Shown here piece by piece: positions 16,219 through 25,091 of a DNA stretch of 39,683 nt. The notes below the pieces were generated by a model. The model was not told where the DNA came from and searched no databases. It saw nothing but the letters and a program-made list of their open reading frames with translations. The stretch is from a virus. Its lineage: Duplodnaviria; Caudoviricetes. The DNA is taken from IMG/VR virus record IMGVR_UViG_3300034025_000014, positions 1-39,683 of that record. One strand, given 5' to 3'. The stretch's first letter is position 1. Each line of letters opens with the position of its first letter. The position numbers and the translations under genes were made by a program.

Positions 16219-16502
16219 GCAATTTCCTTTGATGGCGCGGGCAGCTTGAACATGTCTAGCACCGATTGCTCGCCGGCTGGTGGCTGCTTGCGGCGAAGTT
16301 GATCCGGCCTTGCAGGTGATTCCCAGCCATCTGACCATACGACCATGTAAAAATATCCTTCGATAATTTCACCAGTAAATCTATGTTGCGTTTGCATACG
16401 CGCTAATCCAGCACGAACTACGCAATCCATGCCGTTATACTGAGGAAGTCGCCGGCAGTTTTGCCCCACCAGCACCTCGCCAACTTTGAATTGACCGCTC
16501 AT
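16215..16502 (-). CDS. Hypothetical protein (possible SH3/KOW-like)
   Basis: FKVGEVL start; coupled to ninG. Confidence 0.65.
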   Translation of the reverse strand: MSGQFKVGEVLVGQNCRRLPQYNGMDCVVRAGLARMQTQHRFTGEIIEGYFYMVVWSDGWESPARPDQLRRKQPPAGEQSVLDMFKLPAPSKEIA

Positions 16503-17143
16503 GGCCTTCTCCTCTCCAGTCGTTTGATTTTCTTCCGAAGGATCGACGCCAAACGATCCAAATACTCTGGCGTGTACTCCCGCGACCTAGGGTGATTCTT
16601 GAGCCAGTCAACGCGCACATCGCCAATCTTCTGTCGCAGCCTTGTCTCGTATGGCGCGATGTTCCCGGCCAAGAAGTAGTTGCACTGGGCGCACGCCTTG
16701 TTGATATTCAGCAGATTAAATTGGAGCGCTGAATTACTACCGACAGATTTAAAGTGCGAGCCGTGCCAAACGCCGCCAGTCCAATGCGCCCCCTTGTCGC
16801 AGCTGATGCAGCCGTAATCACGGTCCCGTAGCACTGCGTACTTTTGCGCCAACTTACGCACCGGTTCTGCCAACTGCGCCGGCGTCTTCTGCTCCTTCTT
16901 CTTCTTGCGGTCTACGGCCCGCTCCGCCTTTTCCTTAGCAGCTTTGCGCTTCGCTACCGCTTCCAGGCCAATTACAACGCCGCATTCTTCGCTACAGCAG
17001 CGCAGCCAGAGAGGGTCAGGCACGAAACGCTTGCGGCAAGCTCGGTTCTTGCAAGCGATCTGCTTCGGGCCTTTCGTTGGCTTTGCCGCTGTCGGCAGCT
17101 TCTGCTTGAAGGGCGTGCGCGGCATTTCAGCGGTGCGCTTCAT
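16499..17143 (-). CDS. ninG: NinG/Rap recombination endonuclease
   Basis: C..C..F.P....CCS.EC; RDRDYGCISC, H..SVG, NINKACAQCN..LAGN. Confidence 0.88.
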   Translation of the reverse strand: MKRTAEMPRTPFKQKLPTAAKPTKGPKQIACKNRACRKRFVPDPLWLRCCSEECGVVIGLEAVAKRKAAKEKAERAVDRKKKKEQKTPAQLAEPVRKLAQKYAVLRDRDYGCISCDKGAHWTGGVWHGSHFKSVGSNSALQFNLLNINKACAQCNYFLAGNIAPYETRLRQKIGDVRVDWLKNHPRSREYTPEYLDRLASILRKKIKRLERRRP

Positions 17144-17598
17144 GCAAACCTCAGCACGTTCTCAACCACGTTGTCCAGGTCGTCGCGGGTGTAGTTCGTC
17201 AGCACCTTGGCCAGCACCACGTTGATGATGGCCGAGTACAGCTTTTCCTTTTCGTCGTCGTCCATGCTGGCAAACGACCAGCTTTTCGCTGTGAAGCGGA
17301 TCGAGCCATCCAGGCGCACAGAGCTTTCGTAATACCCGGCCAGGATGGTCAGGTCTTCGCGGAATTGCTCGATGGTCTTGGTGATCGGTTCGCCCTTGTG
17401 CAGCACTGGCGCCGGCTCCCAGGCGTCGTAAGCGATGTTCAGCAGCGCAAACATCTTGCGGTGGAATGCCACGTTGTTGTGTTTCGTGACCTTCACCTTG
17501 ACACCAGAGCCGACTTTCAGCTTTGCCAGGTAGTCGATGCCGGACTGGTCGACCGGCGCCAGCGTGCCGCCGGCCGTTTTCATCAGAACGATGTCCAC
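17140..17598 (-). CDS. DUF1367-like nin-region protein
   Basis: NVAFHRKMFALL, FREDLTILAGY, KSWSFASMD. Confidence 0.8.
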   Translation of the reverse strand: MDIVLMKTAGGTLAPVDQSGIDYLAKLKVGSGVKVKVTKHNNVAFHRKMFALLNIAYDAWEPAPVLHKGEPITKTIEQFREDLTILAGYYESSVRLDGSIRFTAKSWSFASMDDDEKEKLYSAIINVVLAKVLTNYTRDDLDNVVENVLRFA

Positions 17599-17600
17599 GG

Positions 17601-17813
17601 TCAGGCCTTCACGTAATAGGCCGGCGTCTCAATGCGGCGAAAGCCTACCGCTTGGAGCAGCGGCACCGACAGCGGCTTGTGCTTGTTGAGCATCAGCGAC
17701 AAGTCCTTATCGCTCAGTTTGAGCACCTCCGCTGCCTTCGCTTGTGTGCGGTAGCGCTCAAAAATCATGCGCCTGATTTCCTTGATTACTTCATCCTCGT
17801 TTTTCTTCGCCAT
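17601..17813 (-). CDS. Cro-like XRE HTH regulator
   Basis: TQAKAAEVLKLSDKDLSLMLN; first gene of the leftward operon; GAGG RBS. Confidence 0.7.
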   Translation of the reverse strand: MAKKNEDEVIKEIRRMIFERYRTQAKAAEVLKLSDKDLSLMLNKHKPLSVPLLQAVGFRRIETPAYYVKA

Positions 17814-17842
17814 GATGACCCTCTGTCGTTGTTGGTGTCCAA

Positions 17843-17922
17843 ATTGTAGCGCATCTAGATTCCGTTGTGCGGAAATCTTTTTGCAAATTACGCTTGACTG
17901 GTTTTCTGGTAATTGGCATACT
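17843..17922. promoter_or_regulatory. Divergent early control region
   Basis: Plus: TTGACT-17-CATACT (17894-17922); minus: -10 TACAAT (17843-17848); imperfect palindrome AGATTCCG-TTGTG-CGGAAATCT (17857-17878). Confidence 0.65.
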
Positions 17923-17963
17923 GGATCTTGTTGGACCTGACCTTAAACCATAACGAGGATGAG

Positions 17964-18266
17964 ATGAATAGATCACCAGACAAAGACGGATGGGTTTCAC
18001 TGAGCGATGCCCAGTGGACGAACATCGTCAACCATGACCATGCCTACGAGAGTATGAGCAAGGATGATGCCGTGCACCTCGCGGTAAAGTTGACCGAGGC
18101 GAAATGCCGCGAACTGAACGTCGATGCAAAGGCGCTGACAAAGCTGCGCGATGATTTCGCTGCTCAGGCCGTGGCAGGCCTTACAGCAAAGCTGCATTTT
18201 CCTGAAAATATCGCAGAAAGCGCATACGAAGTTGCCGACGCGATGATTGCGGAGCGTGCCAAATGA
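17964..18266 (+). CDS. Hypothetical phage protein
   Basis: GAGGA RBS; LRDDFAAQA...AYEVADAMIAER is a common phage motif. Confidence 0.75.
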   Translation: MNRSPDKDGWVSLSDAQWTNIVNHDHAYESMSKDDAVHLAVKLTEAKCRELNVDAKALTKLRDDFAAQAVAGLTAKLHFPENIAESAYEVADAMIAERAK

Positions 18267-18445
18267 GCCTCCCAGTAAAATTCCCCACCAAGCGCCCGCA
18301 CCCAGTGGCGCGCCTGCTCACCGCCTTGGCCAAGTTCTACCGCCACCATCCGTGGAGCAGCGACATCGCGCTGCTGCTCGTCGGCTTCCTGGTCATGTTG
18401 GCTTATGCGCAGTTCCAAGATTCTATCGACGCGGTGCTTCCATGA
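18263..18445 (+). CDS. Small membrane protein
   Basis: One hydrophobic helix; ATGA overlaps at both ends. Confidence 0.6.
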   Translation: MSLPVKFPTKRPHPVARLLTALAKFYRHHPWSSDIALLLVGFLVMLAYAQFQDSIDAVLP

Positions 18446-18648
18446 GCGCGGCAGGCATTAAATATGAGTACGAGCGATTTGAAAACCATTGCCCAACATG
18501 CGGCCAGGAATTTTTGGTCGAGAAGGTTGATGTGCTGACGAATGCGCTTGAGGTTGCACTTGCGATGATCTTGGAAGAATGCGCCGACGCCGAACACACC
18601 CACCAGGTCGATGTAATCAAATCCGCACTTGCCACAGGTGCCGCATGA
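18442..18648 (+). CDS. Hypothetical CxxC protein
   Basis: From MSAAGIK; CPTCG; ATGA overlaps. Confidence 0.6.
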   Translation: MSAAGIKYEYERFENHCPTCGQEFLVEKVDVLTNALEVALAMILEECADAEHTHQVDVIKSALATGAA

Positions 18649-18854
18649 CCGCTGACTGCCCGCGCTGCCACGGTTTAGGCTATACCGACGTGTTCTGCGT
18701 GTACGACTGCTCCGAGCCCGGCTGTACCGCTGCTGCTGACCGCACGGCGCTTGAGCAGGCAATCAAGGACGACGAGCGGCGGCAGGGGCCAATGACGCGG
18801 GAGGAACTCGCCTGGTTTTCGGTGCAGTGGTACAAAAATAAACTGGAGAAATAA
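18645..18854 (+). CDS. Hypothetical Zn-finger-like protein
   Basis: From MTADCPRCHGLG...C..PGC. Confidence 0.6.
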   Translation: MTADCPRCHGLGYTDVFCVYDCSEPGCTAAADRTALEQAIKDDERRQGPMTREELAWFSVQWYKNKLEK

Positions 18855-19745
18855 ATGAGCAATCTCGCCGTACAACAGCAGGGCGCCGTAACGGTACAAA
18901 CCGAAGAAGACTTGATCCGCGTGCTGCAAAACTCGCTTTATCCTGGCGCGCAAATCGGCTCAGTGCGGATGGTGCTGGGATACTGTCAAGCCGCCGGCCT
19001 GGACCCGATGCAGAAGCCGGTGCACATCGTTCCCATGTGGGACAGCAAAAGCGGCAGCATGCGCGACGTGGTGATGCCGGGCGTAAATCTGTACCGCACC
19101 CAGGCATCGCGCACGGGCAAGTTTGCAGGCATGTCAGAGCCTGAATATGGCCCGATGATCGAAGAAACGCTTGGCGGCGTCACGATCAAATACCCGGAAT
19201 TCTGCCGCATTACCGTCGAAAAGTTGCTTGAAAACGGCACTATTGCCCGTTTCACTGCAATTGAATACTGGATGGAAAACTATGCGGTCAAAGGGGGCAA
19301 GGAAAAATCCATCGCGCCTAATGCCATGTGGATGAAACGCCCGCGCGGGCAAATCGCCAAGTGCGCCGAGGCCCAGGCGCTGCGCAAGGCATTTCCAGAA
19401 GTGGGCAGCCAGCCGACCGCCGAGGAAATGGAAGGCAAGAGCATGGGCGCCGAGATCGACATAACGCCCCAGCCGGCCGCGCTGTCGCAAGATTGGCTTG
19501 CCGCTGTCGAGGCTTGCGCCACTACGGAGGAATGCACCGCTGTGTGGCAGGCTGGCGTAAAGGAAATTCAAGCCGCGGGCGATAAGCCACTGTACGACCG
19601 GTTCAAGTCTGCGGTGGGTGCCAAGGGTGTGGCGCTGAAAGCCGCTGAAATGGCTGCCGTTGCAGAGCCTGTTGAGCGCGTCGAGCCGATGACCGATGCC
19701 GAGATCGAAGCTGCCGACCTGGCCCGCACTGGCGGTGCGCAATGA
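18855..19745 (+). CDS. bet: Single-strand annealing protein, RecT/Bet family
   Basis: C...GLDPMQKPVHIVP, YRTQASRTG, W..RPRGQIAKCAEAQALRKAFP. Confidence 0.92.
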   Translation: MSNLAVQQQGAVTVQTEEDLIRVLQNSLYPGAQIGSVRMVLGYCQAAGLDPMQKPVHIVPMWDSKSGSMRDVVMPGVNLYRTQASRTGKFAGMSEPEYGPMIEETLGGVTIKYPEFCRITVEKLLENGTIARFTAIEYWMENYAVKGGKEKSIAPNAMWMKRPRGQIAKCAEAQALRKAFPEVGSQPTAEEMEGKSMGAEIDITPQPAALSQDWLAAVEACATTEECTAVWQAGVKEIQAAGDKPLYDRFKSAVGAKGVALKAAEMAAVAEPVERVEPMTDAEIEAADLARTGGAQ

Positions 19746-20371
19746 GCGACCAGAAAACCGAAGCCTGGCACTTGGAGCGGCTAGGTCACGTTACTGGTTC
19801 GCGCTTCGGTGACCTGATCGCCATGGACAAGGCAGGCAAGAAATATCTCAAGTCGCGCGAGACAGCCATTACCGAAATCACCCTTGAGCTTCTGACAGGC
19901 CGCCCAGGCGCCATGTGGACTTCGAAAGCCACCGACTGGGGCAACACGCACGAGCCTATCGCCCGCATGCACTACGAGGCCGCTACAGGGGCCTTCTGCG
20001 AGGAAGTCGGCTTCATCCGGCACCCGAAGCACATGCAGATCGGTTGTAGCCCTGACGGGCTCATAGGTAAGCGCAAAGGGTATGAGTCGAAATGCCCCTA
20101 CACGCCAACAGTTCACCTCGATACTCTCCTTAATGGCATGCCTGCCGAGCACATGGCCCAGGTTCAGGGCGGCATGTTCGTCTGCGATTGCGACGAGTGG
20201 GATTTCGTCAGTTTTCACCCTGCTTTCCCGATGGGCATGCAGCTATATATCGAGACCATCAAACGCGACGACGCCTATATTGCCGATATGGAATCGAAGC
20301 TGCTCAGTGGGGTAGCCGAAATCAACGAAAACGTGCGCAAGCTCTTAGAAAGGTACAAGGTTTCTCAGTGA
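19742..20371 (+). CDS. exo: Lambda-exonuclease / YqaJ family
   Basis: W...RLG.VTGS, G...EP.AR, SPDGL, ESKCP, QVQ. Confidence 0.92.
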   Translation: MSDQKTEAWHLERLGHVTGSRFGDLIAMDKAGKKYLKSRETAITEITLELLTGRPGAMWTSKATDWGNTHEPIARMHYEAATGAFCEEVGFIRHPKHMQIGCSPDGLIGKRKGYESKCPYTPTVHLDTLLNGMPAEHMAQVQGGMFVCDCDEWDFVSFHPAFPMGMQLYIETIKRDDAYIADMESKLLSGVAEINENVRKLLERYKVSQ

Positions 20372-20817
20372 AAGAATTGCCAACTTACCTTGAGTCAAAA
20401 ATTGTTCGGGTACCTTTTTCTACATGCTGGTTCTGGGTTGGAGCCATGGGTTCAAGTGGATATGGGCATGTGAAAGTGCCGCGCAAACAAAAAATGACAG
20501 GTGCCCATCGTGCAACATATGAGGCTATCGTGGCGCCTATACCAGAAGGATTCGACATAGACCATCTATGCCGCGTAAGGTGTTGCGTCAACCCTGCTCA
20601 CCTTGAGCCAGTTACTCGCTTGGAAAATCTAATCCGGGCTGGGTCGATCGAAAAATTTAACAGAGCAGCGGCTGCACGAGGACAGCAAACTAATTGCAAA
20701 AACGGTCACCCGTTATCTGGAGAAAACATGTCACTGAATGACAAGGGTGGGCGAATTTGCATTATTTGTAGGCGCGCCAGAGACAGGCAAAAAAGAATTG
20801 ATAAGGCAACAGCATGA
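20368..20817 (+). CDS. HNH homing endonuclease
   Basis: GTG start overlapping the exo stop; CW.W.G, AHR..Y, DHLCRVRCCVNPAHL, C.NGH...C.IC. Confidence 0.85.
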   Translation: MKELPTYLESKIVRVPFSTCWFWVGAMGSSGYGHVKVPRKQKMTGAHRATYEAIVAPIPEGFDIDHLCRVRCCVNPAHLEPVTRLENLIRAGSIEKFNRAAAARGQQTNCKNGHPLSGENMSLNDKGGRICIICRRARDRQKRIDKATA

Positions 20818-21011
20818 GCCGCAGTATTCGCCGCCTGACAGTCGAAGAGCGCGACCGCAACGACGAGCAGCACCAGGCGCGCTATGACGACCTATACGAC
20901 CAAGTAGACGCGCAGATGGTGGCCGAGAATATAGCTGATGGCGGCGCTTGCGATTACAGGCCGGATGGGGCGCAGGTGCATGCAAGGGTTGAGAAGATGA
21001 TGCGCGAATAA
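20814..21011 (+). CDS. Hypothetical protein
   Basis: 65 aa; ATGA overlap. Confidence 0.6.
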   Translation: MSRSIRRLTVEERDRNDEQHQARYDDLYDQVDAQMVAENIADGGACDYRPDGAQVHARVEKMMRE

Positions 21012-21065
21012 ACTTTAATTATTTGCGTAAAAGTGCTTGCTTAACTTTAATTATTCAACTATTCT
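21011..21065 (+). promoter_or_regulatory. Promoter with direct-repeat operator
   Basis: TTGCTT-17-TATTCT; AACTTTAATTATT at 21011-21023 and 21043-21055. Confidence 0.7.
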
Positions 21066-21102
21066 AAAAACATCAGCAGCACAAATCCTACGGAGGAACA
21101 AA

Positions 21103-21318
21103 ATGCGTATCGACAAACAGTTCAATAAACGCGGCGTCGGTCTTAAAGAAGTACGCGCCCCCGAAATCGCAGTCGGCCCCGGCGCCAGCGATTTAGGCAT
21201 TCGGCTTGTATTTCGGGCGGATGATGAAATCTTGCGCATGCACCTTACCCCGGAAGAAGCCCGCGCCCTCGGCAAGCGCTTGGTTGATGCTTACTGGACC
21301 GCTGAAAAAGACGCATAG
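21103..21318 (+). CDS. Hypothetical protein
   Basis: GGAGG RBS; MHLTPEEARALG motif. Confidence 0.7.
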   Translation: MRIDKQFNKRGVGLKEVRAPEIAVGPGASDLGIRLVFRADDEILRMHLTPEEARALGKRLVDAYWTAEKDA

Positions 21319-21368
21319 ACCAACCCAGGCCCGCCAGCACGGGGGCCGCAACCGCAGGAGGCCGCCAC

Positions 21369-21536
21369 ATGGGCGCAAAACGATCAGCCGAAATGATCAA
21401 AGCACTAAAGCTCATCACAGAGAAAGGCTTTAGCGCTGCTGACGCGGCAAAGAAAATGGGACTGACTCAGAGCGCAATTAGCCAGACTGCCGAGTACAAA
21501 GCGCACCGAGCAGCACAAAAAGCAGCACAACAATGA
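21369..21536 (+). CDS. Small HTH protein (55 aa, not in ORF track)
   Basis: AGGAGG RBS; GFSAADAAKKMGLTQSAISQ. Confidence 0.72.
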   Translation: MGAKRSAEMIKALKLITEKGFSAADAAKKMGLTQSAISQTAEYKAHRAAQKAAQQ

Positions 21537-21546
21537 GGGAACCGAG

Positions 21547-22422
21547 ATGAGCGAGCACAGCAAGTATTACCACGACGAAGACCGCAACAAGCCACTGCCT
21601 GGCGCTGGCTCAAGCGAAATCACCGCGCTGGCGGAAGCAAACAAGCTGCTGGCGGCAAAAGTTACCGAGGCCGAGAGCGTGATTGCCCGCCTGCTCGTTG
21701 CAGCGATGAGCCTGCACACGGCAGTCAACAAGCATGTTGCAGCCGATGACCGCACGAGCTTGGGTGTGGCGTTTGAAGAAATGGACAACGCGATGGCTGC
21801 GGCTGTTTTCGATGACGCTCCGGTCAGTGCGCAGGCGGCGCCGGTAGCGGCGAGCATCGGGGATGACGAGAAGTTCAAGCGACTGGCTTTAGCGTGGTTT
21901 CACAACAATATGCCTGGAGGCTTTGAGAAACTCGTTGCCCACATCGACAGCCGCGCCGCCAAAGTCTCGGCCCGCGCTGCTGATGCGCCCTCCGAGCCGA
22001 GCGACAACGCAATGCCAAACGGATTGCCACCAATCTCAGCAAGCACGTACGGAAGCAAAACGGTATGTGAGTTGGAGCAATTGCGCCGTACGCAGCGCGT
22101 CGCGCCCGACAACTTACCTCGCTGGATCGACAACATGAAGGGCAGCGACCCGACTATCGACAGCTTGATCGAGTACATCGTATGGCAATCTCGCGCTGCT
22201 GATGCGCTCGACAGCCAGCCTACCGTGCCTGCCGGATGGAAGCTGGTTCCGATTGCCGAAACTTTGCAAATGACTGATGCGGGTGAGGCAGCGTTAGAAG
22301 CTGACGGGCATTGTGATTGCGGATGCCCGCGCAATGCCGACAGCGGAAGAGTCTACGCGGCCATGCTCGCAGCCGCCCCGGCCAGCAGCCAGCCTACCGA
22401 TGGTGAGGTGCGCAATGGCTAA
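21547..22422 (+). CDS. Mosaic accessory protein (Ea-region-like)
   Basis: C-terminal VPAGWKLVP...YAAMLAAAP module. Confidence 0.75.
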   Translation: MSEHSKYYHDEDRNKPLPGAGSSEITALAEANKLLAAKVTEAESVIARLLVAAMSLHTAVNKHVAADDRTSLGVAFEEMDNAMAAAVFDDAPVSAQAAPVAASIGDDEKFKRLALAWFHNNMPGGFEKLVAHIDSRAAKVSARAADAPSEPSDNAMPNGLPPISASTYGSKTVCELEQLRRTQRVAPDNLPRWIDNMKGSDPTIDSLIEYIVWQSRAADALDSQPTVPAGWKLVPIAETLQMTDAGEAALEADGHCDCGCPRNADSGRVYAAMLAAAPASSQPTDGEVRNG

Positions 22423-22589
22423 GCGGGCGGCTTCGGCGGCTTGGCGCGGTCAATCAGCTGCCTCAGCCAATCCATGCCGTTCGCTTGCACCTTGGCCCAT
22501 TGGGCGTCTGAGAGGCGAACGGATCGGATCGACAGTAGTTCATCAGGCGATTTGGCAGGGCGGCCCCGCGAGCGTTTTTCAGTGTCCAT
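22419..22589 (-). CDS. Small DNA-binding protein (AT-hook plus RHH-like)
   Basis: RGRP followed by IRSVRLSDAQW...WLRQLI. Confidence 0.68.
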   Translation of the reverse strand: MDTEKRSRGRPAKSPDELLSIRSVRLSDAQWAKVQANGMDWLRQLIDRAKPPKPPA

Positions 22590-22591
22590 GT

Positions 22592-22659
22592 GCTGATTAT
22601 ACACGGTGTTTTACGTACTACAAATAATGCTTGCATACGCTGATTATTCGTAATACACT
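22592..22659. promoter_or_regulatory. Divergent promoters with repeated operator
   Basis: Plus: TTGCAT-17-TACACT; minus: TTGTAG-17-AATAAT; GCTGATTATT occurs twice. Confidence 0.65.
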
Positions 22660-22689
22660 TAATACATCGAATCGCAAACAACCAAGGGG

Positions 22690-22932
22690 ATGAAAATGGC
22701 AATCGTAATGGTCAGCAAAGATGAAATGAACGACGAGCAGCAGGCTGAGGCTACCGCCGCTGGAGCTAGCGTGCATGAAGGCTGGGAGTTTCGCGTAGCA
22801 AGGGCTGGGCAGATGGTTGTTTATCTCTCGACCATTGGCTGGTGGGGCGTTCGGCGCATCGGGCAACATGGCCGCGTTGCTCGTAGACGCAGTATCAGCG
22901 CCGCAGTTTCTTTAGCCGCCCGATGCAACTAA
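22690..22932 (+). CDS. Hypothetical protein
   Basis: AAGGGG RBS downstream of the promoter. Confidence 0.6.
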   Translation: MKMAIVMVSKDEMNDEQQAEATAAGASVHEGWEFRVARAGQMVVYLSTIGWWGVRRIGQHGRVARRRSISAAVSLAARCN

Positions 22933-22952
22933 CAACAATCGAAGGAAGCACC

Positions 22953-23132
22953 ATGGCCACCAACACCACCACCGCCAGCCAGCCGAAGCGTGCAGTCGAT
23001 TTCAAACTTTATCTGCATGGCGAATTTGTCGGTCGCGCTATCGCCGAAACAAAAGGCGAAGCAGTCACGCAAATGGCGAACAAGTGCTACTGCAAAAATG
23101 AACATGGCCTGATGGCGATGCGCACAAAATAA
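22953..23132 (+). CDS. Hypothetical protein
   Basis: From MATNTT; GAAGGA RBS. Confidence 0.6.
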   Translation: MATNTTTASQPKRAVDFKLYLHGEFVGRAIAETKGEAVTQMANKCYCKNEHGLMAMRTK

Positions 23133-23144
23133 TCGGAGAACAAC

Positions 23145-23963
23145 ATGAAAAATATTGAAAGTCCTGAATTCGATAAATTGCTTGTGGCATATGCAATTTC
23201 TTTCAATTCATCAATTGGCGAACTATCCACGGATGCTTTAACTGACCACATCGAAGCCTATGTTACGAAGAGAATCGCCGCCAGCCAGCCGAGTGCCGCC
23301 CCGAGCGGGAAACCGGATGCCGTTGACGCCGTAGTAGCAATACTGGAATCGCGCGGGATGCTTCGGGATCTCACCGGGAAAGGCTTGCAGATTTTGCGCG
23401 ATGACGTTGCAGGCGCCCTTGCTTCTGCCTTGTCTGAGCAGGCTGCGAAGGACGAGCATCGAATCGATCTTATCGAGAATATCATCGCAGAAAGCGGCTA
23501 TTGCTATCTCCATAAAAACAGTGCTCGATTTGAATTGATCGGGCTGGGCCTGATTGGGCAAACGTTGCGCGAGGCGCTCGATGCACTCGCTATGCGTCGT
23601 GCCGCCCTTGCCTCCCCTGCTTTGCCTGAACCGGCTGCGGTGCAAGAAGCCCTTAAACTGGCTAAGGCAGCGTTAGAGCACAGCCGACCCCTTGCACATC
23701 ATTACCCTGAGCCAGTGCAGAGGCACAGCGATGCGCTCGTTGCTGTGAATGCTGCTCTGGCCGCCCTCGCGTCTCCCCAGCCGCTTGCAGAGGTATCTGC
23801 TGCACAGACAGTGCCGGAAGGGTTCGTGCTCGTGCCAGTTGAGCCAACAACCGAAATGCTTAAAGCGTGCGATACGGTGATTCAAGGATACGGCGCGAAG
23901 CTGGTCTATCAGCGCATGCTCGCCGCCGCACCGCAGCCAACCGACACCACCAGGGAGGCGTGA
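23145..23963 (+). CDS. Mosaic accessory protein (Ea-region-like)
   Basis: GGAG RBS; C-terminal VPEGFVLVPVEPT..M...YQRMLAAAP. Confidence 0.75.
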   Translation: MKNIESPEFDKLLVAYAISFNSSIGELSTDALTDHIEAYVTKRIAASQPSAAPSGKPDAVDAVVAILESRGMLRDLTGKGLQILRDDVAGALASALSEQAAKDEHRIDLIENIIAESGYCYLHKNSARFELIGLGLIGQTLREALDALAMRRAALASPALPEPAAVQEALKLAKAALEHSRPLAHHYPEPVQRHSDALVAVNAALAALASPQPLAEVSAAQTVPEGFVLVPVEPTTEMLKACDTVIQGYGAKLVYQRMLAAAPQPTDTTREA

Positions 23964-24184
23964 TGGAAGACGGTAAAGTAAAAATCGCAATCACCGTGTC
24001 ACTTCCTGTCGTTGTCGAAATCTGGGTAACAAAAGACGAGTGGGACGAGATTCAAATCAAGTCCGTTCAAAGTGCCAGAATCGATGCGTCAAGCGTGCGC
24101 GAAATCGAGGAAGCGTTGGATGCCGCTGATGACCTTCAGCAGCTTGACGACGCCTACCAAGAAGCCACCAAGGACGCATCATGA
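23963..24184 (+). CDS. Acidic hypothetical protein
   Basis: From MEDGKVK; GGAGG RBS; TGATG coupling. Confidence 0.65.
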   Translation: MEDGKVKIAITVSLPVVVEIWVTKDEWDEIQIKSVQSARIDASSVREIEEALDAADDLQQLDDAYQEATKDAS

Positions 24185-24870
24185 GCAACCAACCCCAAGC
24201 CCATGTGGCTGACGAGCGCGAGCTGCCACCGCTGCCGGCGCAAGAATACTTAGGCGGCGACGAATCGTTCGGTGATGCCGTGTACGGTTACACAGGCGAG
24301 CAAATGCTTAACTTCGTGCTTGCTGACCGCGCCGCCCGTGCCGCCAGTGCTGCCATCCCGGCAGGCGCTAACGAGCTTTCGACGTTGAAACCATTCGCCT
24401 ACTGCATTATTGACGGCTATGACCGCGAGTACAACACGATTGACGAGTTCAGCGGCGGGCGAAGCAATGGCGTCGAATTGTACGCAGCCGCTCAAGTCCA
24501 AGCGATATTGAACGAACGTATCGCTGCTGGTGCGCCAGCCGAGATGCCGAAGCCGATGGCGAGCGACTTGCCAGGGGAGGCATGGGTAACGCCTCTCCGG
24601 TACGGAAGCCAAGTCACGTTTTACAAGCCGAAAAAACCGCATGACTGGGACGACGACGAAGAAAAGTGGTACTGCTATCCGCTGGTTCGCGCCGCCCAGC
24701 CAGCGCCTGCCCCTGCAACGGATGCAGAAGTTGATACGCACTTGGATGCGATCTTGCGCGCTTCGGGTTCGGCCCTGCGCCACTACAGCATGCCTAAGAC
24801 GGTTAGCGACATGCGCTCAGCATTCCGCGCCGCCATGCTCTCAGCTAATTCCCCACGGGAGGCGGGATGA
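24181..24870 (+). CDS. Mosaic accessory protein
   Basis: ELPPLP..GYTGEQM module; LDAILRASGSALRHY module. Confidence 0.75.
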   Translation: MSNQPQAHVADERELPPLPAQEYLGGDESFGDAVYGYTGEQMLNFVLADRAARAASAAIPAGANELSTLKPFAYCIIDGYDREYNTIDEFSGGRSNGVELYAAAQVQAILNERIAAGAPAEMPKPMASDLPGEAWVTPLRYGSQVTFYKPKKPHDWDDDEEKWYCYPLVRAAQPAPAPATDAEVDTHLDAILRASGSALRHYSMPKTVSDMRSAFRAAMLSANSPREAG

Positions 24871-25091
24871 GCAAGCCACGCGTTATTCCAGTCAGCGCGA
24901 TGGCTGTTGCCACGGTCACCATTGAAGTGCGCGGCCTCGGGTCGTGGGGCACTGATTGCAGCTTGGAGCAAGTACACCGGCAGGCGCGAGAGGCGGCAAT
25001 CGGATACCTGCGGAACCTAGACAAAGACCGCCGCTTTACGATCGTAGGGCAACCGGAAATCAAGACAATAATTGCGGAGAGACAGCCATGA
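24867..25091 (+). CDS. Hypothetical protein
   Basis: WGTDCSLEQVHRQA; ATGA overlaps. Confidence 0.65.
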   Translation: MSKPRVIPVSAMAVATVTIEVRGLGSWGTDCSLEQVHRQAREAAIGYLRNLDKDRRFTIVGQPEIKTIIAERQP

